Assembly (NCBI GenBank): GCA_963731895.1
Contig: CAVSXO010000025.1
Span: forward strand, 11,777-75,776
Origin: an uncultured Solirubrobacterales bacterium
Lineage (GTDB): Bacteria > Actinomycetota > Thermoleophilia > Solirubrobacterales > JBBDJG01
Direction: 5' to 3'
Length of the DNA stretch: 64,000 nucleotides
Numbering within the stretch: position 1 is the stretch's first letter; every line of letters begins with the position of its first letter. Under the pieces are notes generated by a model. It had not been told where the DNA came from, ran no database searches, and saw only the letters and a list, made by a program, of their open reading frames with translations. Positions 20,225-30,669 of this stretch are shown one piece after another. Both the position numbers and the translations under genes were made by a program.

Positions 20225-20300
20225 GGAGCCAGGGATCGGCGGCAGCGAAGTGAAACCCGGTCACCTCGTGAGCCACCTTCGCCGATCTCGGTGTCGTACA
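20225..20300 (-). other. relic of the 3' part of a GT4-like gene (gene fragment)
   Basis: The minus strand reads gagatcggcga-aggtggctcacgaggtgaccgggtttcacttcgctgccgccgatccc. This aligns by eye to the GT4 paralog 5 segment gacatcggcgccatggccgagaaggtggcccacgaggtgaacgggctccacttcacggtcgccgatcc (motif DIGxMAEKVAHEVxGxHFxxADP). No upstream GT4 body is present. Confidence 0.6.
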
Positions 20301-20430
20301 TCATCGTATGATCTTCGGAATGTCTACGGCCATGGCTCCCAGGGGTGACGAGGGAGGCTAGCGGCTCGGTGCTGAAGCGGCTCCGCTGAGCAGGCCCGCG
20401 CGCACACATACCCTCGGGAGATAGGCGGAG

Positions 20431-22617
20431 AATGAGTACGTCCAGCAGCACTAGTGCCTGGGATGCTTTGCTGGCGGATGGCCCACGGCAGCTGCGATAT
20501 CTACGGACGCCGTGGCTGGAGCAGGATCGAGAGCGCAAGCTCGAGATCGCGCGTCTGGGGTTGGAGCTGCTGGAGAGCGGGCAAGGCAGATGAGCCGCTT
20601 GACGCCCCGCTCGCTGGCTTTTTCGATGCGTTGTCGCAGCCCGGTCGCGGTTACCCGCTGTCCGTACCAGGTGTGCACGACTGGGTCCGAGCCTGGGCGG
20701 TACGGGACGAGGCTTCGCTGCGACGGGCGCTCAGCTGCTTCCTGGATCCGCACAGGAGCCCGGAGGACCGCTTCGAGGCGTTCGTGGAGGTCGTCGAACA
20801 GGCTCAAGCGGCCGGGCTGGTGACCGACTCACCGGATGACGCGATCGCCTTGGGGTCGCTTCTGAACTTTTCCGTCGCCCCGGAGGCAAGTCCGATCGTC
20901 GGTCCGAGCACACGGCGGCTGAAGCAGATGAAGCAGCTCGCGCCGGAGTCCCGGGCTCCGCTCACGGACCGGTATCGGAGCCATCTCGACATCGCGCGCC
21001 AGGCCGAGGCCGAAATGAAGGCCGCGGGCGTCGAGGTCAGGGATGTGCTTGAGGTGCAGAGCCTGACCTCGTTGGTGTCGAACAGGTTCCTGCCGGGCCG
21101 GGAGATGCAGACCCTCCTCAAGCATGCACCCTTCGTGCTGCGAAACCCCTGCTACGGTCCAGCGGAGCGCGACAGCAGGCTCGAGATAGCGCGCCTGGGG
21201 CGAGAGCTGCTGGACGCGGCGCGACAGGGCGAGCCGCTCGATCCGGCGCTCGATGTGCTGTTCGAAGCCCTGGCGAGGCCCCGTTGCTACCGGCTCGCCA
21301 TGCCTGATGTCGAGCGATGGGTCAAGGGATGGGCCTTTCGCGACGAGGCTTCGTTGCGCCGAGGCCTCGAGTGCTTCCTGGACCACAAGACGCCTGAAGC
21401 CCGCTTCGGCGCATGGGTGACTGTGCGAAACGAGGCCCACACGGCCGGCTTCATCACGAGGTCACAGAATGCGGCGCTGGCCTTCGGAGCGCTGCTGAAC
21501 TTCGCGCTCACGCCCGAGGCCGTGGCCCCGATCTTCGCGCGGAACCAGCTGGCGAAGCTGAAAGGATCCACTCCGGGGGCGGGACTGGTCAAGCGTTACC
21601 AGCACCACATCGACCTCGCCCGCGAGGTGGAAGCCGAGATGCAGGCGGCGGACGTCGGCGTGAAGGACATGCTCGACGTGCACAGCCTGATCGAGATGGC
21701 TGCGGTTTGGTTTGCCGAAGGGTCAGAGGACACTGTTCTGGCCGTGGCCGTGGGGCGCTCCGAGCATCTCGACGGCACCTCCGGCTCCGCGTGCCGAGGG
21801 CATCCCCTATCTCTGCCTGTGTGCATGCCTCGGGTACGACGCGCCGTATCTCCTGGAGTGGATCGAGTTCCACCGACTCGTAGGGGTCGAGCGCTTCTTC
21901 CTCTACAACAACGGCGACCGGGAGGAACAACGGGCGCTGCTGGCGCCATACATGGACGACGGGGTCGTGGTTCTGCACGACTGGCCGATGTTCCCGCCCC
22001 AGCTGCCGGCCTTGAACGACTGCATCGAGCGGCACCGCCAGGACGCGCGCTGGATCGCGTTCGTCGACACCGACGAGTTCTTGTTCTCACCGGCCGGTAC
22101 GCCCTTGCCGGAGATTCTGGCCGAATACGAGCAGTGGCCGGCTGTCGGCGTCAACTCCGAAATGTTCGGGACCTCGGGCCACATCACGAAGCCGGACGGG
22201 CTCGTGATCGAGAGCTACCTCCGGCCGCTGGCCGCGCTCCGTATCCAAAGGCACATCAAGAGCATCGTCGACCCGACACGGGCAGTCGAGTGCCTTAGCG
22301 GTCATCACTTCAAATACCGGGATGACCACCTGGCCGTGGACGAGAACCACCACCCGATAGTCGGCGCCACGACGATGTTCAGGTCGTTCTCGCGGCTGCG
22401 GGTGAACCACTACCACACGCGGTCCGAGCAGGAGTTCCGGGAGAAGTTGTCGCGGCCGCGACCGGACACCGGCGAGGCTTATTTCAAGAAGCTTTCGGCG
22501 ATCGTTGCGAAGCAGGCCGAGAGCATGGCGGAGCGGGACGCCGATGCAATCCTGGAGTACGTACCGCGCCTCAAGCAGGCGCTGGACGCCGGCCCTCGGC
22601 GGCGCGCGCGCGTCTAG
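20431..22617 (+). pseudogene. protein with two tandem ~225-aa repeats of an uncharacterised domain followed by a GT92 (DUF23) glycosyltransferase domain; two frame changes
   Basis: ATG at 20431 (MSTSSSTSAWDALL...RERKLEIARLGLELLESGQ), frame change at ~20590. Repeat 1 reads EPLDAPLAGFFDAL...VHDWVRAWAVRDEASLRRALSCFLDPHRSPEDRFEAFVEVV...AIALGSLLNFSVAPEASPIV...RYRSHLDIARQAEAEMKAAGVEVRDVLEVQSL. Repeat 2 reads RDSRLEIARLGRELLDAARQGEPLDPALDVLFEAL...VERWVKGWAFRDEASLRRGLECFLDHKTPEARFGAWVTV...ALAFGALLNFALTPEAVAPIF...RYQHHIDLAREVEAEMQAADVGVKDMLDVHSL. After a frame change at ~21790 comes IPYLCLCACLGYDAPYLLEWIEFHRLVGVERFFLYNNGD...WIAFVDTDEFLF...VNHYHTRS, typical of Glyco_transf_92. Confidence 0.65.
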
Positions 22618-23874
22618 CGGCCTTTGCCCGGCCGGTTCGGTCGAGCAGCTCCCGGTAGATGCCGGTCAGGCTCGCCACGTGATCGTCCATGCCGTACACG
22701 GGCGGAATGCCGTTCCGCAGCTATCCCAGAGCCCGGGGGCCGTGATTGCCCTGCACACCGCGTCCGCAAGGCTCCAGGATCGGCGACCGTGAAGTGGAGC
22801 CCGTTCACCTCGTGGGCCACCTTCTCGGCCATGGCGCCGATGTCACCGCAGATCACGGGGCGCCCGTACAGAAACGCGTCCTGGATCACGAGCGGCGAGC
22901 CCTCCCACCAGCGCGAGGGCACGATCACCCAATCGACGTTGCTCATCTGGTCCGCAAGGCTCGCGCGATCCCAGCTGCTCACGAAGGAGACATTCCCCGC
23001 CTCTTGCAGCTGGGCCGAGAACTGCTCCCGCCGTTCGTTCGTGCCGTGCAGCCACAGATGAGCGTCGGGCGTCCGCTCGCTGACGATGCGCATGGCGTTC
23101 AGGAGTATCTCGGTGCCTTCGAAGTCGAATTCGCTCATCTCGCCAAAGAACCCGAGCCTGTCTGCGAGGGCGGTCGCCCGCGTCCTCCGCAGCCGGCAGT
23201 GCCGGCGGGCGGCCGCATTCCTCGAACCGGATCTGCTCGCGCGGTATGCCCCAGTCCACGTAGCGCTCGAGCAGGAAGTGGCTCGGCGCAAGGAACAGGT
23301 CGACCTGATCGAGGTGCGCCCGGATGAACCGCTGGCGGAGGAAGAAGTCCTGCTCGGAGCTTTCGGTGAAGCACTCGGCGCAGCGACGCGGCGAGGCCTC
23401 CAGGCAAAGCGACTCGTCCATGGTTCGCACGAGTCGGCCGTCACGGTGGCAGATGGGCATGTAGTCGTGCAGCGTGTAGACGATCGGCGTCGAGGGCAGC
23501 ACGCGGCGGACCAGGGAGATCAGCTCGCAGCCCACGAACAGAGAGTGCTGAAGGTGCACGACGTCGGGGTCCTGCGCGCGCAGGAAGTCGGCGAAGAACC
23601 GCGTGTACAGCGACTTCTCCCCATAGGTCATGTAGAAGAGGTCGAACCCGCCCTCCTCGATCCTCACGAGGTACTGGCTCGGGTCACCGTCGAGGGAGCT
23701 GAACGGGCTTCCGGCTCGATGGCGCTCGGCGCCCGTGCGGCCGACCAGAACCGGCTCCAGCCCTTCCGATTGGAGCATGGCCTGATGTAGCTCCAGCGCA
23801 TACGTTTCAGGAGCGCCGCCGGGCTGCATCGCCGGGTGATTCGGCAAGACTTGGAGAACCTTCGTGATCTTCAA
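22614..23874 (-). pseudogene. GT-B fold (GT4-like) glycosyltransferase, paralog 5 of 5, two to three frame changes
   Basis: (TTG)KITKVLQVLPNHPAMQPGGAPETYALELHQAM...DPSQYLVRIE...FFADFLRAQDPDVVHLQHSLFVGCELISLVRRVLPSTPIVYTLHDYMPICHRDGRLVRTMDESLCLEASPRRCAECF...FLAPSHFLLERYVDWGIP. The next frame gives RLGFFGEMSEF...VDWVIVPSRWWEGSPLVIQDAFLYGRPVICGDIGAMAEKVAHEVNGLHF. TTG 23874 is preferred over ATG 23919 because it matches the paralog N-termini and avoids a divergent overlap with rfbC. The 3' end is uncertain. Confidence 0.75.
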
Positions 23875-23927
23875 AGCGTAGCGAGGGGCCACCGGCTCCG
23901 CCGCTCCTCTTGCGAGCATTCACGGCC

Positions 23928-24482
23928 ATGGAGCGACTCGATACGCGCCTCGAAGGACCGGTCCTGATCCGGCCCGTCGTCCACGGTGACTCGCGGGGCT
24001 TCTTCCACGAGAGCTACCGTCGCAACGTGTTCGCGGAGCTGGGCATCCCGGACGAGTTCGTCCAGGACAACCACTCACGCTCGAAGCAGGGCGTGATCCG
24101 CGGGATGCACTTCCAGGTCGGTGCGGGGATGGCCAAGCTGGTTCGCTGTGCACGGGGCGCGATCGTGGACGTGGTCGTCGACCTCCGCCGGGACTCGCCG
24201 ACCTATGCGCAGTGGGAGTCCTTCGAGCTGAACGACGACAACCTGCACCAGCTGCTCTGCCCGATCGGCTTCGCGCACGGGTTCTGCGTGGTGAGCGACA
24301 TCGCCGACGTGCTGTACAAGTGCTCCGCCTACTACGACGAGAGCATCGAGCGGGGCATCAGGTACGACGACCCCGACCTCGGGATCGAGTGGCCCGACAT
24401 CGAGCTGATCCCCTCGGAGCGGGACGCGAACGCACCGCGCCTAAGTGAGATCGAGGATCAGCTCCCGTTTCGCCTCATGTAG
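23928..24482 (+). CDS. rfbC: dTDP-4-dehydrorhamnose 3,5-epimerase
   Basis: Intact ORF: MERLDTRLEGPVLIRPVVHGDSRGFFHESY...QDNHSRSKQGVIRGMHFQ...KLVRCARGAIVDVVVDLR...GFAHGFCVVSD.ADVLYKCSAYY (RmlC cupin motifs). Confidence 0.9.
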   Translation: MERLDTRLEGPVLIRPVVHGDSRGFFHESYRRNVFAELGIPDEFVQDNHSRSKQGVIRGMHFQVGAGMAKLVRCARGAIVDVVVDLRRDSPTYAQWESFELNDDNLHQLLCPIGFAHGFCVVSDIADVLYKCSAYYDESIERGIRYDDPDLGIEWPDIELIPSERDANAPRLSEIEDQLPFRLM

Positions 24483-25326
24483 TCGGCCAGCGCCTCGTTC
24501 CAGGGCCGCAGCGGCGACAGGCCGAGCGCGTCTGCCCTGACGGACCGCAGCACGCCGTTGCGCGGTCGCTGGACCTGCCCCGGCCCGGTGTCGGTCTCCA
24601 CCGCCTCGACCGGGACGTCCAGCCCCGCGTTGTCCATGATCGCGACGCGTGAACTCGTGCCACGAGCACTCGCCCGAGTTCGTGAGGTGAAGCAGCCCGT
24701 CGGCGTCCGCGTCGACCGCCTCGACCACCGCGCGTGCCAGGTCCGCCGTGAAGGTGGGCGTGAGCCGCTGATCGGCGACCATCCTGAGGCTCCCCTGCTC
24801 GCGCGCCCTCGCGAGCATCCGCGTGACGAAGTTGCCGCCCTTCGATTCGCTTCCGTGCATGCCGTACAGACCGGCCGTGCGAACGACCAGCGCACCCGGG
24901 CGCGTACGCGAGGGCGGCATGCTCCCCGGCCAGCTTGGAGATCGCGTAGACGCTCCGCGGGCTGGGACGGTCGTCCTCGGCGTACGGCTCCGAGCGCGTC
25001 CCATCGAACACGTAGTTGGTGCTGAAGTGGACCAGCTTCGCGCCGGCCGTGGCACACGCCTCGGCGAGCCGCTTGACCGCGCGGGCGTTGACCTCGAACG
25101 ACCGGTCCTCTTCCCGCTCGCACACGTCCACGTTGTGGAAGGCGGCGCAGTTGACCACGAGCGTGGGCGAAAGCTCGGCCATCGCGGCCGCCACCGCCGC
25201 ATCGTCGGCGACGTCCAGCTCCTCACGGCCGGCAGCCCGGACCTCTCCGCGCTCCGCCAGCAACACGCTCAGGTCGGACCCGAGCTGCCCGCCGGCCCCG
25301 GTGATCAGGACCCGGCTGTCGCTCAA
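24458..25326 (-). pseudogene. rfbD: dTDP-4-dehydrorhamnose reductase (two frame changes)
   Basis: TTG start in a TTGA overlap with the upstream stop. Pieces read RVLITGAGGQLGSDL...LVVNCAAFHNVDVCEREEDRSFEVNARAVKRLAEACATAGAKLVHFSTNYVFDG...PRSVYAISKLAGE, then LVVRTAGLYGMHGSESKGGNFVTRMLARAREQGSLRMVADQRLTPTFTADLA...LLHLTNSGECSWHEF, then the tail LRSVRADALGLSPLRPWNEALADYMR. Confidence 0.85.
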
Positions 25327-26431
25327 AGCACCGTGCCGAACCGCTGCACGCGCGGGCCGACCTCGTGCAGGAGCTCCATCCAGCGGATGTTGTAGTAGCG
25401 CGGGTCGGTGAGCATCGTGCGGTCGTCGACGTCGATCCGCGCCAGCATGTCGGCCACGGCCTCCGTCACCGAACGCACAGGGATGAACCCGAGCCGCTGC
25501 GCGAGCTTGGTGTTCGAGCACTTGTAGTCCCTCGTGAGCGCGGGCGCAGGCACCTCCTCCAGGTCCACCCGCCGCCCGAGCAGCTGCACGGATCCGGCCA
25601 CCAGCATCGCCAGCTCGCGGATCTGGTAGTTGGAATGAAGGACGTTGAAGATCTCGCCGCACACCAACTCGGCGGGCGCCTCGTAGGCGGCGATCATCGC
25701 GTCGGCGATGTCCTTCACGTCGACCAGTGGCCGCCACATCCAGCCGCCACCGTGGAGCTTCAGCCGCTCGTGGAGCAGCGCGTCCTTCACGAACGTGTTG
25801 ACCACCAGGTCGAAGCGCATGCGCGGGCTCCATCCATACGCCGTGCCGTTGCGCAGGATCACCGGGCAGAGGCCCGAGTCGATCAGCTCCAGCAACCGCT
25901 CCTCGCCGTAGCGCTTGGAGGTCCCGTACGCGCCGGAGGCCTCGATCTCCGCCCGCTCGTCGTGCATGCCCGGCGGCAGGCCGTCGTAGAGCGAGCACGA
26001 CGAGGCGAACACGAAGCGCTCGATGCCCCGCTCGACGCACGCGCGGGCAAGGCTCTCGGTGGCGACGGCGTTCATCTGCCAGTTGGCCTTCGGGTCGTAC
26101 TCCGCGGTCGGGTCGTTCGACAGGCCGGCGAGGTGGATCACGCCGTCGACCCCGTCCAGCGCGTCGGATGGGACATCGCGCACGTCCGCCTCGACGATCT
26201 CGATCCGGTCTTCGACGTGCGCGAGGGGCTCGTGGCCCCAGTAGAGCCGATCGAGCAACCGGACCCGATAGCCGCGGTCGAGCAGGCCCTCGGTGAGGAT
26301 GCAGCCGATGTAGCCACCGCCACCGGTGACGCAGATCGTCTGCCCCGGGTGGGGGCCTGCGGCGCGAGCCCGTTCCCCTCCCCTTGCGTGTCGCGGCCGG
26401 GGAGCCGCAACCGGTCCTCCGCCGCGCTCAT
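25323..26431 (-). pseudogene. NAD-dependent epimerase/dehydratase (extended SDR), one frame change near the N-terminus
   Basis: ATG 26431 overlaps the dapB stop (ATGA). After ~30 codons the frame changes into TICVTGGGGYIGCILTEGLLDRGYRV...VIHLAGLSNDP...FASSCSLYD...YGTSKRYGE (Rossmann GxxGxxG and YxxxK). Confidence 0.85.
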
Positions 26432-27105
26432 AGAACGTGCTCCAGCCCGACCACCAGCCCGTCGAGCTCGCCCACGCGCCGCACCGCGAGCAGCACCCCG
26501 GGCATGAACGACTCGCGCGAGATCGAGTCGTGGCGCACGCTCAGCGTCTGGCCGAGGCCGCCGAACAGCACCTCCTGGTGCGCGACCAGCCCGGGCAGCC
26601 GCACGCTGTGGATCGGGGCGTCCCTGCGCCCGCCCGCCTCCGCGATCAGCTCCGCCGTGCGCTTTGCCGTGCCCGACGGGGCGTCGAGCTTCGCGTCGTG
26701 GTGCAGCTCGATGATCTCGCAGTCGGGCATGTGGGGCGCGATCAGCTTCGCCGCCTCCATCATCAGCACGGCGCCGATCGCGAAGTTGGGAGCGATCAGG
26801 CAGTTGCCGCGCGACCGCGCGGCCGCATCCCGCAGCGCCTCGAGCTGCTCCTGGTCGAGACCCGTGGTGCCGACCACAACGTGGGTGTCGTGCTCCAGGC
26901 AGAGACGCGCGTTCTCGAACACGGTCGAGGGCACCGTGAAGTCGACGACCACGTCGGGGCTCGACTCGCTCAGCACCTGCTCCAGTGAAGTGCCGAGGGT
27001 CGGGTCGGCGCGGCCCACCAGCTCCATGTCGTCCGCGCCCTCGACGGCGGCGCAGACGGTCTCGCCCATCCGGCCCGCGGCGCCCGAGACAGCGACGCGG
27101 ATCAC
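26428..27105 (-). CDS. dapB: 4-hydroxy-tetrahydrodipicolinate reductase
   Basis: (GTG)IRVAVSGAAGRMGETV...VVDFTVPSTVFENARLCLEHDTHVVVGTTGL...LIAPNFAIGAVLMM...EIIELHHDAKLDAPSGTA...HSVRLPGLVAHQEVLFG. Confidence 0.9.
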   Translation of the reverse strand: MIRVAVSGAAGRMGETVCAAVEGADDMELVGRADPTLGTSLEQVLSESSPDVVVDFTVPSTVFENARLCLEHDTHVVVGTTGLDQEQLEALRDAAARSRGNCLIAPNFAIGAVLMMEAAKLIAPHMPDCEIIELHHDAKLDAPSGTAKRTAELIAEAGGRRDAPIHSVRLPGLVAHQEVLFGGLGQTLSVRHDSISRESFMPGVLLAVRRVGELDGLVVGLEHVL

Positions 27106-27107
27106 AA

Positions 27108-28400
27108 CTAGGCAGCGTCGCTGAGCTCGGCTCCGACGGGCCCTAGCGCTCCGCGGAAGCAGGCCCTCGTCACGCCCGATCGCGGCCACCGACATGCCGG
27201 CGGGCGGGTACAGCTGCTGGCGTCAGCTCCTCGAGGTCCTCGCGCGTCACCGCCTCGAGCCGCTCGATCGTCTCGTCGAGGGTCAGCAGCGGCGTGCCCA
27301 TCAGCACCGAACGCCCGAGCCGGTGTCATGCGGCTGGCCGTGGACTCCATCGAGAGCGCGAGGCGGCCCTTCACGTGCTCGCGGGCGCGGCGCAGCTCCT
27401 CCTCGGCCACCGGCTCCTGGCGCAGGCGCTCGAGCTCGGCGCCGATCACGTCCAGCGCCTGGACCACGTTGTCCTCGCGGGTGCCGACGTAGATGCCGAC
27501 CTGGCCGGTGTCCTGGTACTGGCTCGCCCAGGAGTAGACGGCAGTAGGCCAGGCCGCGCTTCTCGCGCACCTCCTGGAACAGGCGCGAGGAGGTGGAGCC
27601 GCCCAGGATCGCGTCCAGGATCGACAGGGCGAAGCGGCGCTCGTCGTTGCGGGCGATGCCCTCTCCGCCGAGGCAGATGTGGTACTGCTCGGTCTCCTTG
27701 CAGTGAAAGGCGACGCGCTGGCCGCGGCGGCCCGGAGCAGGCGCCGGAGATCGCGCGGATCCGTCCCGGATGCCGTCGGCGAGCCACTTGCGGCGCCAGG
27801 CCCTCGATCTGGTCGTGCTCGAGGTTGCCGGCCGCCGCGACCACGATCGTGCCGGGCACATAGCGGGCGTCGTGATAGGCGGACACCTTGTCCACGGTCA
27901 GGGCGCCGATCACCTCGCCGCGGCCGATCACCGGCCGGCCCAGCGGATGGTCGCCGAAGATCGCCTCGGAGAGGACGTCGTGCACCTTGTCCTGAGGCTC
28001 GTCCTCGTACATCGCGATCTCCTCGAGCACCACCTCGCGCTCGGACTCGAGGTCCGCGTAGGTGGAGCGCAGCAGCATGTCGCCCAGCACCTCGAAAGCG
28101 CGGTCGAGGTGCTCGTCGAGGAAGTGGGCGTGCAGCACCGTCGCCTCCTTGCTGGTGGCCGCGTTCACCTCCGCGCCGAGGCCGTCGAACTCCTGCGCGA
28201 TCTGCTCGGCGGTCAGCTTCGGCGTGCCCTTGAACAGCATGTGCTCGAGGAAGTGCGAGATGCCCGCCTCTCGAGTCGGACTCGTCACGCGAGCCCACGC
28301 GCACCCACAGGCCGAGCGCGATCGAGCGCACCGAAGGCACGCGCTCGGTGACGACCCGGATGCCCGAGTCGAGCTCGGTCAGGCGTGTGGTTCCAGGCAC
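27108..28400 (-). pseudogene. M16 family zinc peptidase (pitrilysin-like), at least five frame changes
   Basis: GTG 28400. Pieces read [37 protein letters not shown], then [14 protein letters not shown] (HxxEH inverted zinc motif) ...[16 protein letters not shown], then [51 protein letters not shown], then [21 protein letters not shown]... Confidence 0.8.
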
Positions 28401-28402
28401 CG

Positions 28403-30669
28403 CTAGTCCCGGTCGCCGCGAGCGACCGCGGTCGCGACCGCCGCCGCTCCCGGTCGCGCCCACCACCGCGGCCGCGGCCGTCACGGCCGCGCCTCCCGGC
28501 GGGGTCCGCCGTTGCCGGTGCCGATCTGCGACAGCTCCTCGGCCGTCTTGTCGGCGATCTCGGGATCGTCGGCGAGCCGCAGCCCGATGCGGCCCGCGCT
28601 CCTTGTTGAGCTCGACCACGCGCACCTTCACCTCGTCGCCGCGGTTGACGACGTCCTCGACGGACTCGGCGCGGCCGCCGGGCACGAGGTTCGAGATGTG
28701 CAGCAGGCCGTCGGTGCCCTTGGTCAGCTCGACGAACGCGCCGAACGTCGTGGTCTTCACGACCTTGCCGGTGAACGTCTCGCCGAGCTCGACGTCCTTC
28801 GTCATCTGGCGGATCGCCTCGACGCACGCGTCGCCCTTCTCGCCGTTGACGGCGTAGACGAGCACCATGCCCTCGTCGTCGACGTCGATCTGGGCCTCGT
28901 ACTCCTCCGACAGGGCGCGGATCGTCTCGCCGCCCTTGCCGATCACGGTCCCGATCTTCTCGGGGTCGATCTGGATCGACGTGATGCGCGGCGCGTGCGG
29001 GCTCAGCTCCGCACGCGTCTCGGAGATGGCGTCCTTCATCTTGCCGAGGATGAACAGCCGGCCCTCGCGGGCCTGCTCGAGCGCCTTCTTCAGGATCTCG
29101 AACGTGACGCCCGAGATCTTGATGTCCATCTGGAGGGCGGTGATGCCGTCAGGCGTGCCGGCGATCTTGAAGTCCATGTCGCCGAGGTGGTCCTCCACGC
29201 CCGCGATGTCGGAGAGGACGACGTAGTCGTCCCCCTCCTTGATCAGGCCCATCGCGATGCCGGCCACGGGCTTCTTGATCTTCACGCCCGCGTCCATCAG
29301 CGACAGCGTCGAGCCGCACACCGAGGCCATCGACGAGGAGCCGTTGGACTCGAGGATGTCGGACACGACGCGGATCGTGTAGGGGAACTCCTCCACCGGC
29401 GGGATCATCGGCAGCAGGGCCCGCTCGGCGAGCGCCCCGTGACCGATGTCACGGCGCTTCGGGCCGCGCATGAAGCCGGCCTCCCCGACCGAGAACGGCG
29501 GGAAGTTGTAGTGGTGGAAGTAGCGCTTGGACGTCTCGAGCCCGAGCGTGTCCAGGCGCTGCTCCTCGCGGCTCGTGCCGAGCGTCGAGACCGTGTACGC
29601 CTGCGTCTGGCCGCGGGTGAAGAGGGCCGACCCGTGCGTGCGCGGCGCGATGCCGACCTCGGCCGTGACCTCGCGGATCTCGTCCGCGCGCGCGACCGTC
29701 GGGGCGGCGCTTGTCGACCGCGATCCGGCGCCGGATGATGTCCTTCTCGAGCTTGTCGAAGGCCCGCTGCACCTCGGCGCGGCGCTCGGGTCGACCGGCT
29801 CGTCGCCCGTCGTCGGCGCGCGTACTGCGCGAGCACGGCCTCCTCGACCGCCTTGGTCGCGTCCTGGCGCTCGAGCTTGTCCTCGACCTGCGTCGCGCGT
29901 CGAGCGTCGGCGCCGTGCGAGGCCTTGATCTCGCTCGTAGCAGGCCCTCGTCGACCTTCGGCGACTCGACCTCCGATCTTCTCCTTGCCACGGCGCTCGC
30001 GGCCAGCTCGCGCTGGGCGGCGCACAGCTTCTTGATCTCCTCGTGCGCGATGTCGAGCGCATCGAGCAGCTCGGCCTCGGTGATCTCGTTCGCGCCCGCC
30101 TCGACCATCAGGAGCGCGTCCTCGGTGCCGGCCACGACCAGGTCCAGCTCGGACTCGGGGATGTCGGCCTCGTCCGGGTTGACCACGAACTTGCCCTCGA
30201 GCTTGCCGATCCGCACCGCGCCCATCTGGGTCGGGAACGGGATGTCGGACAGGGCGAGCGCGGCGGAGGCGCCGTTCATCGCGAGGATGTCGTAGGGAAC
30301 CACGTGGTCGATGCACATCGGCGTCGCCACGATCTGCGTCTCGCGATGCCAGCCCTTCGGGAACAGCGGCCGGATCGGCCGGTCGATCATGCGCGCGGTG
30401 AGGATGCCCTTCTCCGACGGGCGGCCCTCGCGCTTGAAGAAGCTGCCGGGGATCTTCCCGGCCGCATACATCCGCTCCTCGACGTCCACCGTAAGGGGGA
30501 GGAAGTCGACGTCGCGGACGTTGCCGGCGGTCGCGGTGCAGAGCACCATCGTGTCGCCGGCGCGGACGACGACGGAGCCGCCTGCCTGCTTGGCCAGCTT
30601 GCCGGTCTCGAAGCTGATCTCGGTGCCTGCGATGTCCACCGCGGCACGGTCAACTGATTCAGAGGTCAT
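28403..30669 (-). pseudogene. pnp: polyribonucleotide nucleotidyltransferase (PNPase), cluster of frame changes at ~29700-30010 and near the C-terminus
   Basis: N-terminus ISFETGKLAKQAGGSVVVRAGDTMVLCTA...FLPLTVDVEERMYAAGKIPGSFFKREGRPSEK. Core [29 protein letters not shown]...[12 protein letters not shown]...[10 protein letters not shown]...[22 protein letters not shown]...[15 protein letters not shown] and S1 domains are present ([10 protein letters not shown]...[15 protein letters not shown]). The 3' end is either TAG 28403-28405 or an earlier TGA, depending on frame. Confidence 0.85.
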
